Shown: piece by piece, positions 1 through 9,901 of the stretch
Numbering within the stretch: the stretch's first letter is position 1
Layout: every line of letters begins with the position of its first letter
Source of the DNA: a virus
Virus record (IMG/VR): IMGVR_UViG_3300022744_000001
Coordinates: 194,022 to 258,021 of that record
DNA: 64,000 nucleotides
Reading direction: 5' to 3' (one strand)
Made by a program: the position numbers and the translations under genes
The notes under the pieces: model-generated
The model's database searches: none
What the model was told of the DNA's origin: nothing
What the model saw: only the letters and a program-made list of their open reading frames with translations

Positions 1-1
1 T

Positions 2-304
2 TCCATCTGGGACGGGCACAACCGCTGCCTCCCCTGGGACGACACTCTCGAGTGGCTCGACCTGCTAGGGGTCACGTCCGTGCCGGTCATCTGGGACGGG
101 CTCTGGGACGCCAAGGCGCTCGAGGGGCTCTGGGACGAACAGTGGGACGAGTCGAAGGCCGAGGGCTACGTGGTGCGCCTGGCAGCCGGGTTCTCCTACG
201 CGGAGTTCCGCCGGTCAGTGGCCAAGTACGTGCGCAAGAACCACGTGCAGACCGATCAGCATTGGATGCAAGGGCCGGTCAAGAAGAACGGGCTCGCTCA
301 GTGA
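2..304 (+). CDS. RNA ligase-like nucleotidyltransferase, C-terminal fragment (truncated by window start)
   Basis: The ORF runs in from upstream of the window. Its tail carries EGYVVR followed by KYVRKNH, which match ligase motifs IV and V (EGxVxK ... KxxK), as in T4 Rnl2. Confidence 0.4.
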   Translation, partial: SIWDGHNRCLPWDDTLEWLDLLGVTSVPVIWDGLWDAKALEGLWDEQWDESKAEGYVVRLAAGFSYAEFRRSVAKYVRKNHVQTDQHWMQGPVKKNGLAQ

Positions 305-537
305 TTTGACGGGTGGCTCTCCCGTTCGATCGCGAAGTGATATTTCCGCGGGACGTCGTTCGAGCTGAGACCGTTTTGCCTCTGGCATACCGGGCACTGG
401 AACGTGAAGTACGTGGAGTTGTCCTCAGCGGCGCGCATGAGGAGGTCGGTGGTTTCGACTTCAAGCTCCGAAGTGCACTCCTCGCATTTCGTTCGAAGGA
501 CCCAATCCTTTGGGTCCACACGGTTCAAGATCTTCAT
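298..537 (-). CDS. small zinc-ribbon protein (CEEC...CPVC)
   Basis: This 79 aa ORF has two CxxC pairs and protein-like composition. The overlapping + frame ORFs look non-coding. Confidence 0.35.
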   Translation of the reverse strand: MKILNRVDPKDWVLRTKCEECTSELEVETTDLLMRAAEDNSTYFTFQCPVCQRQNGLSSNDVPRKYHFAIERESHPSNH

Positions 538-717
538 GATAGGCAGTTACACCGAACCGTTGGAACGTAAGGCAAAAATATGCCTTTTCGGATACTTACG
601 CGCTGCAAGACCTGAGAAAGCGGCCGAAACCTCATGAAGGTTGTTGCGAACCATTGGGGTTTCCTATTGAATTAGCCGTGCCCTCGGACTAGCTTGCGGG
701 GGTTTGCAGGAGGAGTG

Positions 718-1281
718 ATGGCTGCGCAAGAAGAAACCGAGACGAAAGCGGCGTTCATACGAAAAAACGCCCACCTGAAACCGCGAGAGATCATGGAAGC
801 CGCAAAGGCTGCTGGGGTAGACATCACCATCCAGCACGTCTACGCCACGCGAAGCATGGACAAGGCGCGGGCGGAGAAGAAGGCCGAGGAGAAGGCTGCC
901 AAACCCGCCAAGAAGCGGAAAGCGCCCACGGGCACCGTCAAGGAGTTCGTGCTCTCGTTGCCCAAGAAGCTCACGGTGACCGAGATCCAGGATAAGGCCA
1001 AGGCCGCGGGATTCAACGTCCCGAATCGTGCCTACGTGTACTCGATTCGCGGCTCGGCCAAAAAGGAGGCCGCCGCAGCCAAAGCCAAAACGGCCAAGGC
1101 CCCCACCAAGAAGCCCGGGACGGCTCTGGCAGTCGTTCCCAAGGCCCCGGCGAGGATTCTCAAGGCGGTTGAGGTCCAAGGCGAGGACGGTCAATCCATG
1201 GACATCATCTTGCGGGAGATGCTGAAAGTCGGCGCCCGTCATGTGATGGCCCATCTCAACAACGTCATGAGTCAGGTGTGA
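718..1281 (+). CDS. lysine/alanine-rich histone H1-like DNA-binding protein
   Basis: ATG at 718 follows an AGGAGTG RBS. The sequence has a long AKKxKA/AAKAKTAKAPTKK low-complexity basic region. Confidence 0.55.
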   Translation: MAAQEETETKAAFIRKNAHLKPREIMEAAKAAGVDITIQHVYATRSMDKARAEKKAEEKAAKPAKKRKAPTGTVKEFVLSLPKKLTVTEIQDKAKAAGFNVPNRAYVYSIRGSAKKEAAAAKAKTAKAPTKKPGTALAVVPKAPARILKAVEVQGEDGQSMDIILREMLKVGARHVMAHLNNVMSQV

Positions 1282-1289
1282 GGGGCGCT

Positions 1290-1913
1290 ATGTCATCGAA
1301 GAAGGTTCAACGACTACGATTACCAGCGACTGATCGGCTCGAGGGCTACCTGGCCCGCCTCCGGCAGTTGGCCGGGGAAGGCGAACGCAACCAGGTCTCC
1401 TTGATGGAGCTGCTCATGGAGCTGTTCGAGCACAAGGAGCTGTGGGAGCCGCGCTACACTGCTTGGGACGACCTCTTGAGGGAAGAGGGCTTCGCGACCG
1501 CTCACGCCTACGAGGGTTTCGTCAAGGCGTTCAACGAGCTGGGTCGGGAAGAGGTCTCCCGTCTTGGAGTGAAGGCATCCATCTCTCTGGTCCGCCTTCC
1601 CAAGGCCACCCGGGGCAAGGTGCACAACATGCTCAACCAGTGGCTGGAGACCCACCAGGTTCCGCCCACCTACCAGCGCGTTGCGACCTACGTCAAGCTC
1701 ACGGTCGGCAGTCTCAACAAGCCGAAGGGGCAGCGGAGCAAGGACGAACAGCTCGTCTCCCTCCGGGCCACCAAGCGTGATCTGTCGGCACAGAACCGGG
1801 CCCTGTCCGCGGCGAACGAGCGGCTCAAGCGGCACATCTGGAAGCTCAACGGCATGCTCAAGAAGGCCAAGATCGAGCCCCCGAAGATGCCTGACCTGGG
1901 CGTTGAGGCATGA
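1290..1913 (+). CDS. hypothetical protein
   Basis: ATG follows a GAGGGG RBS, and its stop overlaps the next start as ATGA. Charged coiled-coil-like C-terminus. Confidence 0.5.
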   Translation: MSSKKVQRLRLPATDRLEGYLARLRQLAGEGERNQVSLMELLMELFEHKELWEPRYTAWDDLLREEGFATAHAYEGFVKAFNELGREEVSRLGVKASISLVRLPKATRGKVHNMLNQWLETHQVPPTYQRVATYVKLTVGSLNKPKGQRSKDEQLVSLRATKRDLSAQNRALSAANERLKRHIWKLNGMLKKAKIEPPKMPDLGVEA

Positions 1914-2401
1914 GGGCCAAAGGTGAGCATCGTTCTGCGCTGCGAGGCATGAACCCCACCGAGGCGTTCCCCCGTCTCGAGGAGATCATGCGAGCCTACT
2001 TCAACTTGCGGCTCGAGGCGCTCGCCATTGGTATTCAAAGCCCCCTCGATTCCCTCCCCCAACTTCGGCGTTCCGACCGTCCCGCAGTCGCGAAATGGGC
2101 CGACGAGCTTCACTCGCAACTCGAGTGGCTCCGGGTCTGGTTCCCCCAGTGCACCTCGGCGCAGCTCGTCCACATCGCTGACCTCACGACCCGAGCCTTC
2201 AACCGAGAGTTGAACCTCGACCCCGAGGACCAGTTTGTGAAACTCATCATCCGCGACCTTGGGACGGTTCGGGCGCGCAACATCCTAACTCAGCTTGAAA
2301 CCCAAGGACTCAGCGCTCGAGTCGCCAAAGTGGCGCGACCAACCAAGCTGGCCGTGGTCAAGCAAGGTCGGGCGCTGATTCGACGATTGTCCCAGGGATA
2401 A
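1910..2401 (+). CDS. hypothetical protein
   Basis: ATGA overlap with the upstream gene. 163 aa ORF. Confidence 0.5.
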   Translation: MRAKGEHRSALRGMNPTEAFPRLEEIMRAYFNLRLEALAIGIQSPLDSLPQLRRSDRPAVAKWADELHSQLEWLRVWFPQCTSAQLVHIADLTTRAFNRELNLDPEDQFVKLIIRDLGTVRARNILTQLETQGLSARVAKVARPTKLAVVKQGRALIRRLSQG

Positions 2402-2577
2402 TCCGGCGCGTTTGAACAAAACGCAAGACCCTCAACTTTGACCCCTCGAGCACTGCTCTCCCCGGTGTAGAGCCCCTTCATAAGGGACCTGGCCCATCTT
2501 CTGCGCTGAAGGTGGACGGGCAACCCGGAACCCCCTCCGTTGCGCTAACGGGGGAATGTCGAAGGGAGATGCTCACC

Positions 2578-3486
2578 ATGAGCACGAACGGTACCAATTC
2601 CACAATTCCGTCCATCGAGTGCGAAGCCGCCGAAGAGGCCGCGAAGTTCATCGCACGAACCAACCCGCAATTGGCTCAGGACTTCATCGCCCACATGCGC
2701 AAGCGTGGGGATGAGCGACGGGCAGAGCACCGCGTACGAGCCGCCGGGGGTCGCATCCGCCAAGGCTACCTGCACTGGGCAGCCTGGATGGAGGACGCCG
2801 TGTCTGCTCCGCTTGCGGCACCCGCTCCGGTCATCGTGCTCAAGGACCCGGTGGAGCAGGCCATCTTCGGGGGTCGCCTCGCGATACAGCCCGATGATGA
2901 GGTGCACCTCGATGCCAGCACCATGGCGGAGATCGAGAAGCAGCAGGCCGAGGAGAAGGCCAAGCGTGAGGAGCGTCAGCGGTTCCTCTACACCCTCTCC
3001 AGCGAAGCGACCATGAAGCTCTCTTCGTTCGACTCCACCAAGGGTCTCAGCGAGATGGTGGGGGCCCCCGAGATCGTCGAGTTCGAGGGCAAAAAGGCCA
3101 TCTTCGTGTACTCGTACACGGCGCCTCGCTATGGTCGGAAGATTCGCCACGACTACCGGGCCAACGGCGTTCCCGTGACGACCAAGCACCCGGACATGGT
3201 CATGGGCGAGGATGGGCAGCGCCTTATCCGCTCGTTCGAGACCACCGATGGAGCCATCTTCTACGTCAAAGTGCTGGCGTACAAGGATGGCATGTACTTC
3301 CGGGGCTACTTCAACGTCGAGGGTAACAACTCCGACGAGGAAAAGCTCACGCGTTACTTCCAGATCATCAACGGCAAAATGACCACGATCACCGCGCTCG
3401 AGTATCAGCGTCTCGAGAACATGCGCAGTGCCGGTCTGGACCCGGCCGACCCCAAGTGGTCGAGCCAGCAACAGCCGTCCGCGTAA
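2578..3486 (+). CDS. hypothetical protein
   Basis: ATG follows GAAGGGAG. 302 aa, no recognisable motif. Confidence 0.5.
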   Translation: MSTNGTNSTIPSIECEAAEEAAKFIARTNPQLAQDFIAHMRKRGDERRAEHRVRAAGGRIRQGYLHWAAWMEDAVSAPLAAPAPVIVLKDPVEQAIFGGRLAIQPDDEVHLDASTMAEIEKQQAEEKAKREERQRFLYTLSSEATMKLSSFDSTKGLSEMVGAPEIVEFEGKKAIFVYSYTAPRYGRKIRHDYRANGVPVTTKHPDMVMGEDGQRLIRSFETTDGAIFYVKVLAYKDGMYFRGYFNVEGNNSDEEKLTRYFQIINGKMTTITALEYQRLENMRSAGLDPADPKWSSQQQPSA

Positions 3487-3604
3487 CCACCCGAATCGGC
3501 GAAAACCAGGCACGGCCGCGGTGTGGCGGCTGTGCTAGGGTCCGCCTTTTTCTACGTCCGCGCATGTCTCGAACGGTGTCAACGAGCAAAGGAACGAGGT
3601 TTTT

Positions 3605-5986
3605 ATGCTGAGGAACGCGATTAGCTACAAGGCTGGCAACGGGCTTTTCCTTGTGAAGGGTTTGGTTGCCCATGAGAAGGCTGAGGCCAAGCCCGCCGAG
3701 CCGCCGCCCACGAATTGGTTCTGGGTGGTCGATTGTTCCGGTTCGATGTGGGGCCAGATTGAGAAGGTCGCCGACCATCTCAAGAAGAAGCTCCCGAAGA
3801 TGGTGGGGCCCAAGGACACGGTCACGCTGGCGTGGTTCTCGGGACGTGGCCAGTGCGGCATCATCCTGGAAGCCGAGCCGGTGGCGACGCTGACCGACCT
3901 CAACAACGTCAACAAAGCGATCGACCGCTGGTTGCGCCCGCAGGGCTTGACGGGGTTCAAGGAGCCGCTCGAGCTGATTGCCAAGACGGCGGCGAAGGTC
4001 TCCAAGCCTGGCATGGCCAACGCGCTCGGGTTCATGAGCGACGGTTGTGACAACCAGTGGTCACGGGCCGAAGTGCTCAAGGCCATGGAAGCCGCCTCGG
4101 TCAACTTCCAGTCGATCGTGGTGGTCGAGTACGGCTACTACGCTGACCGCAATTTGCTGTCGTCCATGGCCGAGAAGGCCGGTGGTTCGCTCCTGTTCGC
4201 CGAGGACTTCGACCGCTGGCAGCCCCAGCTCGAGGCCGTGTTCAATCGCAAGCCCACGGGTGCCCCCAGGATCGAAGTAGGCGTGCCGGGGGACCCCATC
4301 AAGGGGTTCGTGTTCACGGTGAATGGTGACGAGCTGATCACGTACGCCGTCGAAGGCGACAAGGTGAAGATCCCGAAGGACACGAACGAGTTCTTCTACC
4401 TGTCCCCCTCGGTCATCGGGACGCTCGAATCCAACTTGACCGACGTTGCCAAGCAGAACACCCCGAGCCCAGCGCTCACGGCTGCGTACGCCGCGGTCTC
4501 CCTGTTCGCTGTACGCATGGAGTCGAACATCGTGCTCGACCTCCTGAAGTCTCTGGGCGACGTCCAGTACATCGAGCAGTTCTCGGGGTGCTTCGGCAAG
4601 CAGAAGTACAGCGAGTTCATGGAGGCGACGAAGGGAGCGGCGTTCGACCCCAAGCTCCGGCTCCTGAAGGGCTACGACCCGAACCGTGTGCCGCGCGAGG
4701 ACTCGTTCACGGTGCTCGAGCTGCTCCAGGTGCTCGCCTCCGACGACGACAACCGCGTGCTCATGGAGCACCCGAAGTTCAAGTACAGCCGCATCGGCCG
4801 GGGCCGCATCAACGCAGACTCCGTACTGACCGCCGAGGAGCAGGCGGAAGTCGAGAAGCTCACCCAGGAAATGACCGCGACTCGGGACGCCACGAAGCTC
4901 ACTGAGCTGTCGGCCAAGATCGCAGCCATCTCCGCGAACAAGAAGCCGCCGCTCAAGTTCGTGGCCAAGGAGGCTCCGGACGGCTACCCCGTGAACGCGC
5001 TCGTTTACAACGAGAAGCGCCCCAACATCTCGCTCCAAGTTACGAAGCCGGGAACCGTGGATATCTCGAGCCGCATCACGGACAAGGAGCGCGGCGTGGT
5101 CCCCGAGATCTTCCCGACCCAGCAGATCAAGAGCTACACGATCGTGAAGGACGGCCTGGTCAACGTTGAGGTCCTTCCCGTCAACATCGGCACGGACACG
5201 CTGCTGAAGCTCGACCAGGCCATCGTGGACGGCAAGGCCCCGAAGGAGCTGATCACGACCGACCCGGACGGGACCATCCTGCTCAACGTGAAGTGCCTGC
5301 CCGTCATCAACCGCCAGATGATCAAGGCGGCGAGTGCGAAGTCGTTGTTCGCGCTCGAATGGGAGTTGACCAAGGCTGGTGCCGCCCAGAAGGTCTACAA
5401 GGAGTATCGTGACCGTTTGGTGGGCAAGGAATCCTCCAAGGGGTTCAAGAGCACCTACAGCGAGGAAATCGTTGCCTGGCTGAACGAGCTTGGGTTCTCC
5501 GACAACGGGTTCAACCCGAGGGGTGTGCAGGCCGAGTCCACGGACGTCTACATGGGCAAGGAGATGAAGGTCTCCATCAAGAGCTTCTCCAGCTTGCCCA
5601 AGGTGGCGGACGTGCGGACCAAGATCGCCACGGCGGAGAAGGCCAAGACTGACCCCAAGACCAAGGCCCCCAAGTTCACGCCGTCCGAGACCCTCATGCT
5701 GCCCTACGTGGACGAGTGTGAAGCGTTCCTGGCCAGCGACGCCTACTTGAAGGCGGCGGACCAAGGGAAGGCGGCGGACGAGTTCTTCACGAAGGCCGCG
5801 CGCAAGTCCATCCAGGAGAATCGCAAGCTCATCAGCCAGAAGGCCAACCTCCTGTTCTCGGTCGTGGTGGGCCAGGTGTGGTTCACGGAGTTCGCCAGCT
5901 TGGATGAGAACACCCTCGACCTCAAGCTCGATGGGCAGGACCTCCACTGCACGGTCGAGATGAAGGAAATCGAGATCAAGATCTGA
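3605..5986 (+). CDS. von Willebrand factor A (vWA) domain protein, 793 aa
   Basis: N-terminal WFWVVDCSGSMWG matches the vWA MIDAS DxSxS motif. Strong RBS (AAAGGAACGAGG). Confidence 0.7.
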   Translation: MLRNAISYKAGNGLFLVKGLVAHEKAEAKPAEPPPTNWFWVVDCSGSMWGQIEKVADHLKKKLPKMVGPKDTVTLAWFSGRGQCGIILEAEPVATLTDLNNVNKAIDRWLRPQGLTGFKEPLELIAKTAAKVSKPGMANALGFMSDGCDNQWSRAEVLKAMEAASVNFQSIVVVEYGYYADRNLLSSMAEKAGGSLLFAEDFDRWQPQLEAVFNRKPTGAPRIEVGVPGDPIKGFVFTVNGDELITYAVEGDKVKIPKDTNEFFYLSPSVIGTLESNLTDVAKQNTPSPALTAAYAAVSLFAVRMESNIVLDLLKSLGDVQYIEQFSGCFGKQKYSEFMEATKGAAFDPKLRLLKGYDPNRVPREDSFTVLELLQVLASDDDNRVLMEHPKFKYSRIGRGRINADSVLTAEEQAEVEKLTQEMTATRDATKLTELSAKIAAISANKKPPLKFVAKEAPDGYPVNALVYNEKRPNISLQVTKPGTVDISSRITDKERGVVPEIFPTQQIKSYTIVKDGLVNVEVLPVNIGTDTLLKLDQAIVDGKAPKELITTDPDGTILLNVKCLPVINRQMIKAASAKSLFALEWELTKAGAAQKVYKEYRDRLVGKESSKGFKSTYSEEIVAWLNELGFSDNGFNPRGVQAESTDVYMGKEMKVSIKSFSSLPKVADVRTKIATAEKAKTDPKTKAPKFTPSETLMLPYVDECEAFLASDAYLKAADQGKAADEFFTKAARKSIQENRKLISQKANLLFSVVVGQVWFTEFASLDENTLDLKLDGQDLHCTVEMKEIEIKI

Positions 5987-5996
5987 AGGGCGGACC

Positions 5997-6221
5997 ATGG
6001 GGAAGAAGAGTTTTACGCAGCAGCCGGTGAAAACGAATAACGTGGCACTCTTGCAAGAAATGCAAGAAATGCAGGCATTTCTTGGGGAGAACCACCCTCG
6101 GCTGCAAGCCATGCGGAGGGCTTCCCGCACCCCATTGCAGGCCGCCGCAGCGGAGGCCAAAAAGAAACGCTCTCGAGCCAAGAACAAAGCAGCTCGAGCG
6201 GCACGGAAGAAATCTCGCTGA
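5997..6221 (+). CDS. small basic (K/R/A-rich) protein
   Basis: 74 aa, contains a QEMQEMQ tandem repeat and a basic tail. Followed by a strong terminator. Confidence 0.45.
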   Translation: MGKKSFTQQPVKTNNVALLQEMQEMQAFLGENHPRLQAMRRASRTPLQAAAAEAKKKRSRAKNKAARAARKKSR

Positions 6222-6239
6222 CTGGGGAAATGGGGGATG

Positions 6240-6278
6240 ATGCCCCGGGGCTCGAAAGGGCCTCGGGGCATTGTTTTT
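6240..6278 (+). terminator. Rho-independent terminator
   Basis: 12-bp GC stem ATGCCCCGGGGC/GCCTCGGGGCAT (one G·U), 8-nt loop, then TGTTTTT. Confidence 0.6.
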
Positions 6279-6326
6279 CCGGTAAATTCCTTATGCCTGC
6301 TATCCCGTAGGACCAAGGGGTAGAAC

Positions 6327-7316
6327 GTGGACACCATTCTCAAAATCGCAGGTCGAACCCAGAACGCGTATGAGATGCGTTACGCCCGTGTTCTTATGGC
6401 TATGTCCCTGGCTGAGGCCAAGGAACTGCTGGGTTTTGGGGCCAGCGAGAGCCCTTCCGAGAAAGATGTCATCAAGGCGTACCGCGCCAAGTCGCTGGCG
6501 AATCACCCGGACCGGGGCGGCACCCATGAGAGGATGCTTGAGGTCAACGTCGCCAGAGACATTCTTCTGGGGAAGGTGGACCCCAACAAGACCTCCCCCA
6601 TCAAAGAGGACCCCGAGGAAGCTGAGCGCCGCAAAGCCGAGATCCGAAAGCAGCTGAACATCGCCTCTGTGAAAACGCAGATGGAGAAGTCTCAGAAGAT
6701 GCTGTCCCGGGTTTTGAGCGACCTCGGCCTCTTCAACCAGTCTTGGAAACTGGATCTCAAAGAGTACCTGAACGAGGAGTACGCCGACATCATCGACCGC
6801 ATCCATGATGCGGCGGTGGAAGCGGAGAAGACCCCGAATACGACGAAGGTGGCAAAGCTGGCACAAGACCTCGCTTCAAGCGCCATGCGAGCTGCGAGCA
6901 AGTTTGGAAGCCTTCGGAAGGCGTTGAATCAACTGGTAGACGATCCCACGGTAGAGAAGGTGGCGGCGGTCTACAAAGACGCGAAGAAGTTCGCTACCAA
7001 CTTCCACTCGCTTCGTGCCGACTCTGGCAAACTCGTGACCCTCTTCAGGACCGACTCAGACGACCTCGTACCCATCGAATGGGACGACATCTACAGCAAA
7101 GCCCACCAGATGTTGATCCAGTTCGACAACGACTTCCAGAAGATCCCCGACACTGGCCTCAAAGCTCTGCAAGACCAGGTTGAGATGAGCGTGGACTCTG
7201 TGTCCGAAATGCTCCGGAACGAGTATGGGCTCAAGGGTTTCCCCGACTGGAAAACGTGGAGAATCCCCGGGGACTTCCTCGACGCCGTTGAGGCGATTGA
7301 ACGGGTCAAAGGTTAA
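6327..7316 (+). CDS. J-domain (DnaJ-like) co-chaperone protein
   Basis: KDVIKAYRAKSLANHPDRGG carries the HPD J-domain signature near the N-terminus. Confidence 0.7.
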   Translation: MDTILKIAGRTQNAYEMRYARVLMAMSLAEAKELLGFGASESPSEKDVIKAYRAKSLANHPDRGGTHERMLEVNVARDILLGKVDPNKTSPIKEDPEEAERRKAEIRKQLNIASVKTQMEKSQKMLSRVLSDLGLFNQSWKLDLKEYLNEEYADIIDRIHDAAVEAEKTPNTTKVAKLAQDLASSAMRAASKFGSLRKALNQLVDDPTVEKVAAVYKDAKKFATNFHSLRADSGKLVTLFRTDSDDLVPIEWDDIYSKAHQMLIQFDNDFQKIPDTGLKALQDQVEMSVDSVSEMLRNEYGLKGFPDWKTWRIPGDFLDAVEAIERVKG

Positions 7317-7555
7317 TCTGGGGTGAGTTCCCCTGTCAGCTCGAGCGACACAGTCAGATAAGCCTCTGCCCGGTAGCCCTTGTCACAGCTTCTGCAATAG
7401 AAGTAGACGTTGGTCTCGGAGTTGGCAGTGGGGTAGGAGAGGTGCTCACTCCCCATGTCACAGGTGAGGGGTTGCTTGCATTCGAGACAGGGCTTCTCGA
7501 ACTTCACCCCGGGCATGCGGAAACGCTTGCAATCAACTTCGAACTGAACTGGCAT
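7313..7555 (-). CDS. Cys-rich zinc-finger small protein
   Basis: 80 aa with several CxxC pairs (CLECKQ, CRSCDKG). Confidence 0.4.
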   Translation of the reverse strand: MPVQFEVDCKRFRMPGVKFEKPCLECKQPLTCDMGSEHLSYPTANSETNVYFYCRSCDKGYRAEAYLTVSLELTGELTPD

Positions 7556-7571
7556 CCACGGCTTACACCGG

Positions 7572-8063
7572 TTAGGTCAGGACGATCCACTCCCGCTCGG
7601 GGTCGCTGCCAAGGTAATCAGCGATTCGCAGGCCCTTGGCGTGCTCGAGGGTGAATACCTGGCCATGGTTTTTGGCGGCCCACAGGTCAGCAACCTCTCG
7701 GTTACTTGACCAGGGTTGGTAGCCTTTGGGTTGCTCGTGCGAGCCACGGAAAAGTGGAGGGGCTTTCTTGGCCTTATGCTTGAATTCCCAGGCCAGAGCA
7801 GCCGCTTGAGCGCGCATCATTTTGCCTGAGCCCGATGCAGGGACAGGGCGGCCGTCCCTCTCGTCCTCCATCGCAATGACCATGTCCGTGGGGGAACCCT
7901 TCCATGAGTGCATGGCCTTTATGACGAGCGCTCGATGGTCCTGCCTCCAGCGTGGGACATCTCCGGAGCGGTCCCATTCCCCTTTTGCTGGGGCGGTAGG
8001 ATCTGGCGCGTATTCCTCAGCGAGAAAGCGCCGTGCGACCCTTTGGACGATATCGGTCCCCAT
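7572..8063 (-). CDS. hypothetical protein
   Basis: 163 aa ORF with protein-like composition. Confidence 0.45.
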   Translation of the reverse strand: MGTDIVQRVARRFLAEEYAPDPTAPAKGEWDRSGDVPRWRQDHRALVIKAMHSWKGSPTDMVIAMEDERDGRPVPASGSGKMMRAQAAALAWEFKHKAKKAPPLFRGSHEQPKGYQPWSSNREVADLWAAKNHGQVFTLEHAKGLRIADYLGSDPEREWIVLT

Positions 8064-8172
8064 GCAACCTTCACCTCATAAGTAGAATGCAAACCCTTGG
8101 CACTTCGTACACGCGGGGCCCACTCCCGATAGGTCTCTTATGGGGCACCTTAGTTAGGACAACACAGGTGCC

Positions 8173-8589
8173 ATGGCAGAATTGTGGGAAACAGACGTCC
8201 GTGTATTTCTTACCCTCACGGGTTTAGCTCGGCGACACACGGAGCGCCTTGCAAGGGTAGTGGGTCAGGATTCCTTCGAAGATGCGCTTGCGCAAGCTCA
8301 GAAGCATTTCCCTGATCTCACGGAAGAGCAGCTGCTCGAGCTGGCCAAGCGGGTAGAGAAGCAGCGGAACGAGGCTATCTGCCAAATCGCGTTGCGGGTT
8401 CCGCCGCTTCGGAAGATCACCTCCCGGGAAGCCGCCCCTGCGGACCAGGTGCGTACCACGCTCGAGTGCGGGCACGAAAAGACCTTTCGAGCGAAGGACT
8501 TCCAGCGGATGACCCGGTGCAGAGAGTGCTTGAAAGTGGAGCGCACTACGGTAGCCAACAACTTCCGACCGGTGTCAAAAGGGGAGTGA
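8173..8589 (+). CDS. hypothetical protein
   Basis: 138 aa. C-terminal CGHEKTFRAKDFQRMTRCRECLK looks like a zinc ribbon. Confidence 0.45.
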   Translation: MAELWETDVRVFLTLTGLARRHTERLARVVGQDSFEDALAQAQKHFPDLTEEQLLELAKRVEKQRNEAICQIALRVPPLRKITSREAAPADQVRTTLECGHEKTFRAKDFQRMTRCRECLKVERTTVANNFRPVSKGE

Positions 8590-8867
8590 AGCTTACGCCA
8601 GAGGAAGTAGTTGAGCTGAGGGAGCTGCTCCCGCCCCATCTTCACCGGTGGATTGAGTACGTCCCCACGCCCGAGCCAGAGCCCGAACCCACCCTGGAGG
8701 AGCGCCGCGGGATGATTCGGGCCGAACGCCCTGTTCCACCGTCCCGTCCCGCCCCAGCCGTTGTGGGGCCCTCTGCGGGCCAGGAAAAGCGCAAAGCCGA
8801 GTTCCGGGGCCTCCCGCCGAAGCCCGTTTCGATTCTGGACTTGGCACTCGCTGACGAGGATGAGTGA
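8586..8867 (+). CDS. hypothetical proline-rich protein with acidic C-terminus
   Basis: GTG start in a GTGA overlap with the upstream stop. Ends ...VSILDLALADEDE. Confidence 0.35.
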   Translation: MKLTPEEVVELRELLPPHLHRWIEYVPTPEPEPEPTLEERRGMIRAERPVPPSRPAPAVVGPSAGQEKRKAEFRGLPPKPVSILDLALADEDE

Positions 8868-9112
8868 TGGAGTCATACAAAAAGCGGCTAATTGAAGCTG
8901 GCTGGATCGTGGACGACATGGGGCCCGTCTGGCGCGCGAAGAAGAACCGCGTTTCCATTGTTGCCAGCTTGGCCGGGATCCGCATTCACGGCGAGCGGGT
9001 GAAAAGTTGGACTCCACGTGAGGTTTTCGACCAAGGGCAACTCAATCTCCCCGAGAACATAGGGCCAGAGGGGTTAGAGCTTTGCCGACTTGTTGACGCG
9101 CCCAAGGTTTAG
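8864..9112 (+). CDS. hypothetical protein
   Basis: 82 aa, ATGA overlap. Confidence 0.4.
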   Translation: MMESYKKRLIEAGWIVDDMGPVWRAKKNRVSIVASLAGIRIHGERVKSWTPREVFDQGQLNLPENIGPEGLELCRLVDAPKV

Positions 9113-9131
9113 GAATACCACTTGCGGCCCC

Positions 9132-9341
9132 ATGCCCAGTTCCCCCAAGGAAGAGCACGAGAAAGCGCGCCGTGCAGCCCTTCACCTCGTAAAAATGAGA
9201 GGCAGCGCGACTATGCGGGCCCTCATGGAGAAGACGGGGCTGGCAGAGATCCTCGCCAAGAAAGCGCTCGAAGACCTCGTAAAGACCGGTGTCCTATTCA
9301 AGGTCGGTCGGACCTATCGGATGCGTGCGCCGACGAGGTGA
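9132..9341 (+). CDS. small winged-helix-like protein
   Basis: LHLVKMRGSATMRALMEKTGLAEILAKKALEDLVKTGVL resembles a wHTH recognition region. Confidence 0.35.
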   Translation: MPSSPKEEHEKARRAALHLVKMRGSATMRALMEKTGLAEILAKKALEDLVKTGVLFKVGRTYRMRAPTR

Positions 9342-9342
9342 T

Positions 9343-9780
9343 ATGCCATCAGTATTCAAGGACTGGGTGCTAGCCCTGCCTTTTCGCATGCAGAGCGTTT
9401 TGGCGTCAGGGCTACGAGGGTGTGACACGGCAAAGAAGGATGACCCCAGCAAGGATCTCGTTCGAGCGGTGCGTAGCTGCTCGATGCACGATGCCGACCC
9501 AAGTAACGGGTTCATGGACGGGGGCTACAGCGAGGGGGCATTCTACCGGTCCACGGTGATCAGGTTCGTACGAGACATGGACAGCTACCCGCTCCACTTC
9601 GTCTCGCACCTGAGTCAAGCCGCTGAGATCATCGCCTACAAACACCCGGACGAGCAGCTCCGGAAGCTTTGGGGGATGTTCTACCGGGACATTGCAAAGG
9701 CGCTGGACATGAACCCGGAGACCCCCGAACAGCTGGATGCGCGTCTCGGCTTCACCGAGGTTGAGAAGCAGCTCCAATAA
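9343..9780 (+). CDS. hypothetical protein
   Basis: ATG at 9343, in frame with the listed ORF. 145 aa. Confidence 0.45.
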   Translation: MPSVFKDWVLALPFRMQSVLASGLRGCDTAKKDDPSKDLVRAVRSCSMHDADPSNGFMDGGYSEGAFYRSTVIRFVRDMDSYPLHFVSHLSQAAEIIAYKHPDEQLRKLWGMFYRDIAKALDMNPETPEQLDARLGFTEVEKQLQ

Positions 9781-9901
9781 AATCGGGGGCAGGCCACTGG
9801 CGGCGACCTGCCCCCTCCGTGTTCGAGGAGTTGTGTCAGCAATCGGAACAAGAAACCGCAGCACACCGCCGGGCACTGTTACATGCACAGCGACGCGGGA
9901 T

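Noticed and set aside
4061-6343. 760 aa ORF antisense to the vWA gene
   Set aside because: Composition is R/G/L/V-rich with no motifs, as expected for an antisense frame in about 60% GC DNA. The sense frame has a clear vWA domain and RBS.
8173-8867. Overlapping frames 8173..8589 and 8466..8867, as a possible programmed frameshift
   Set aside because: A GTG at 8586 in a GTGA overlap gives a normal coupled start. No slippery heptamer was seen.
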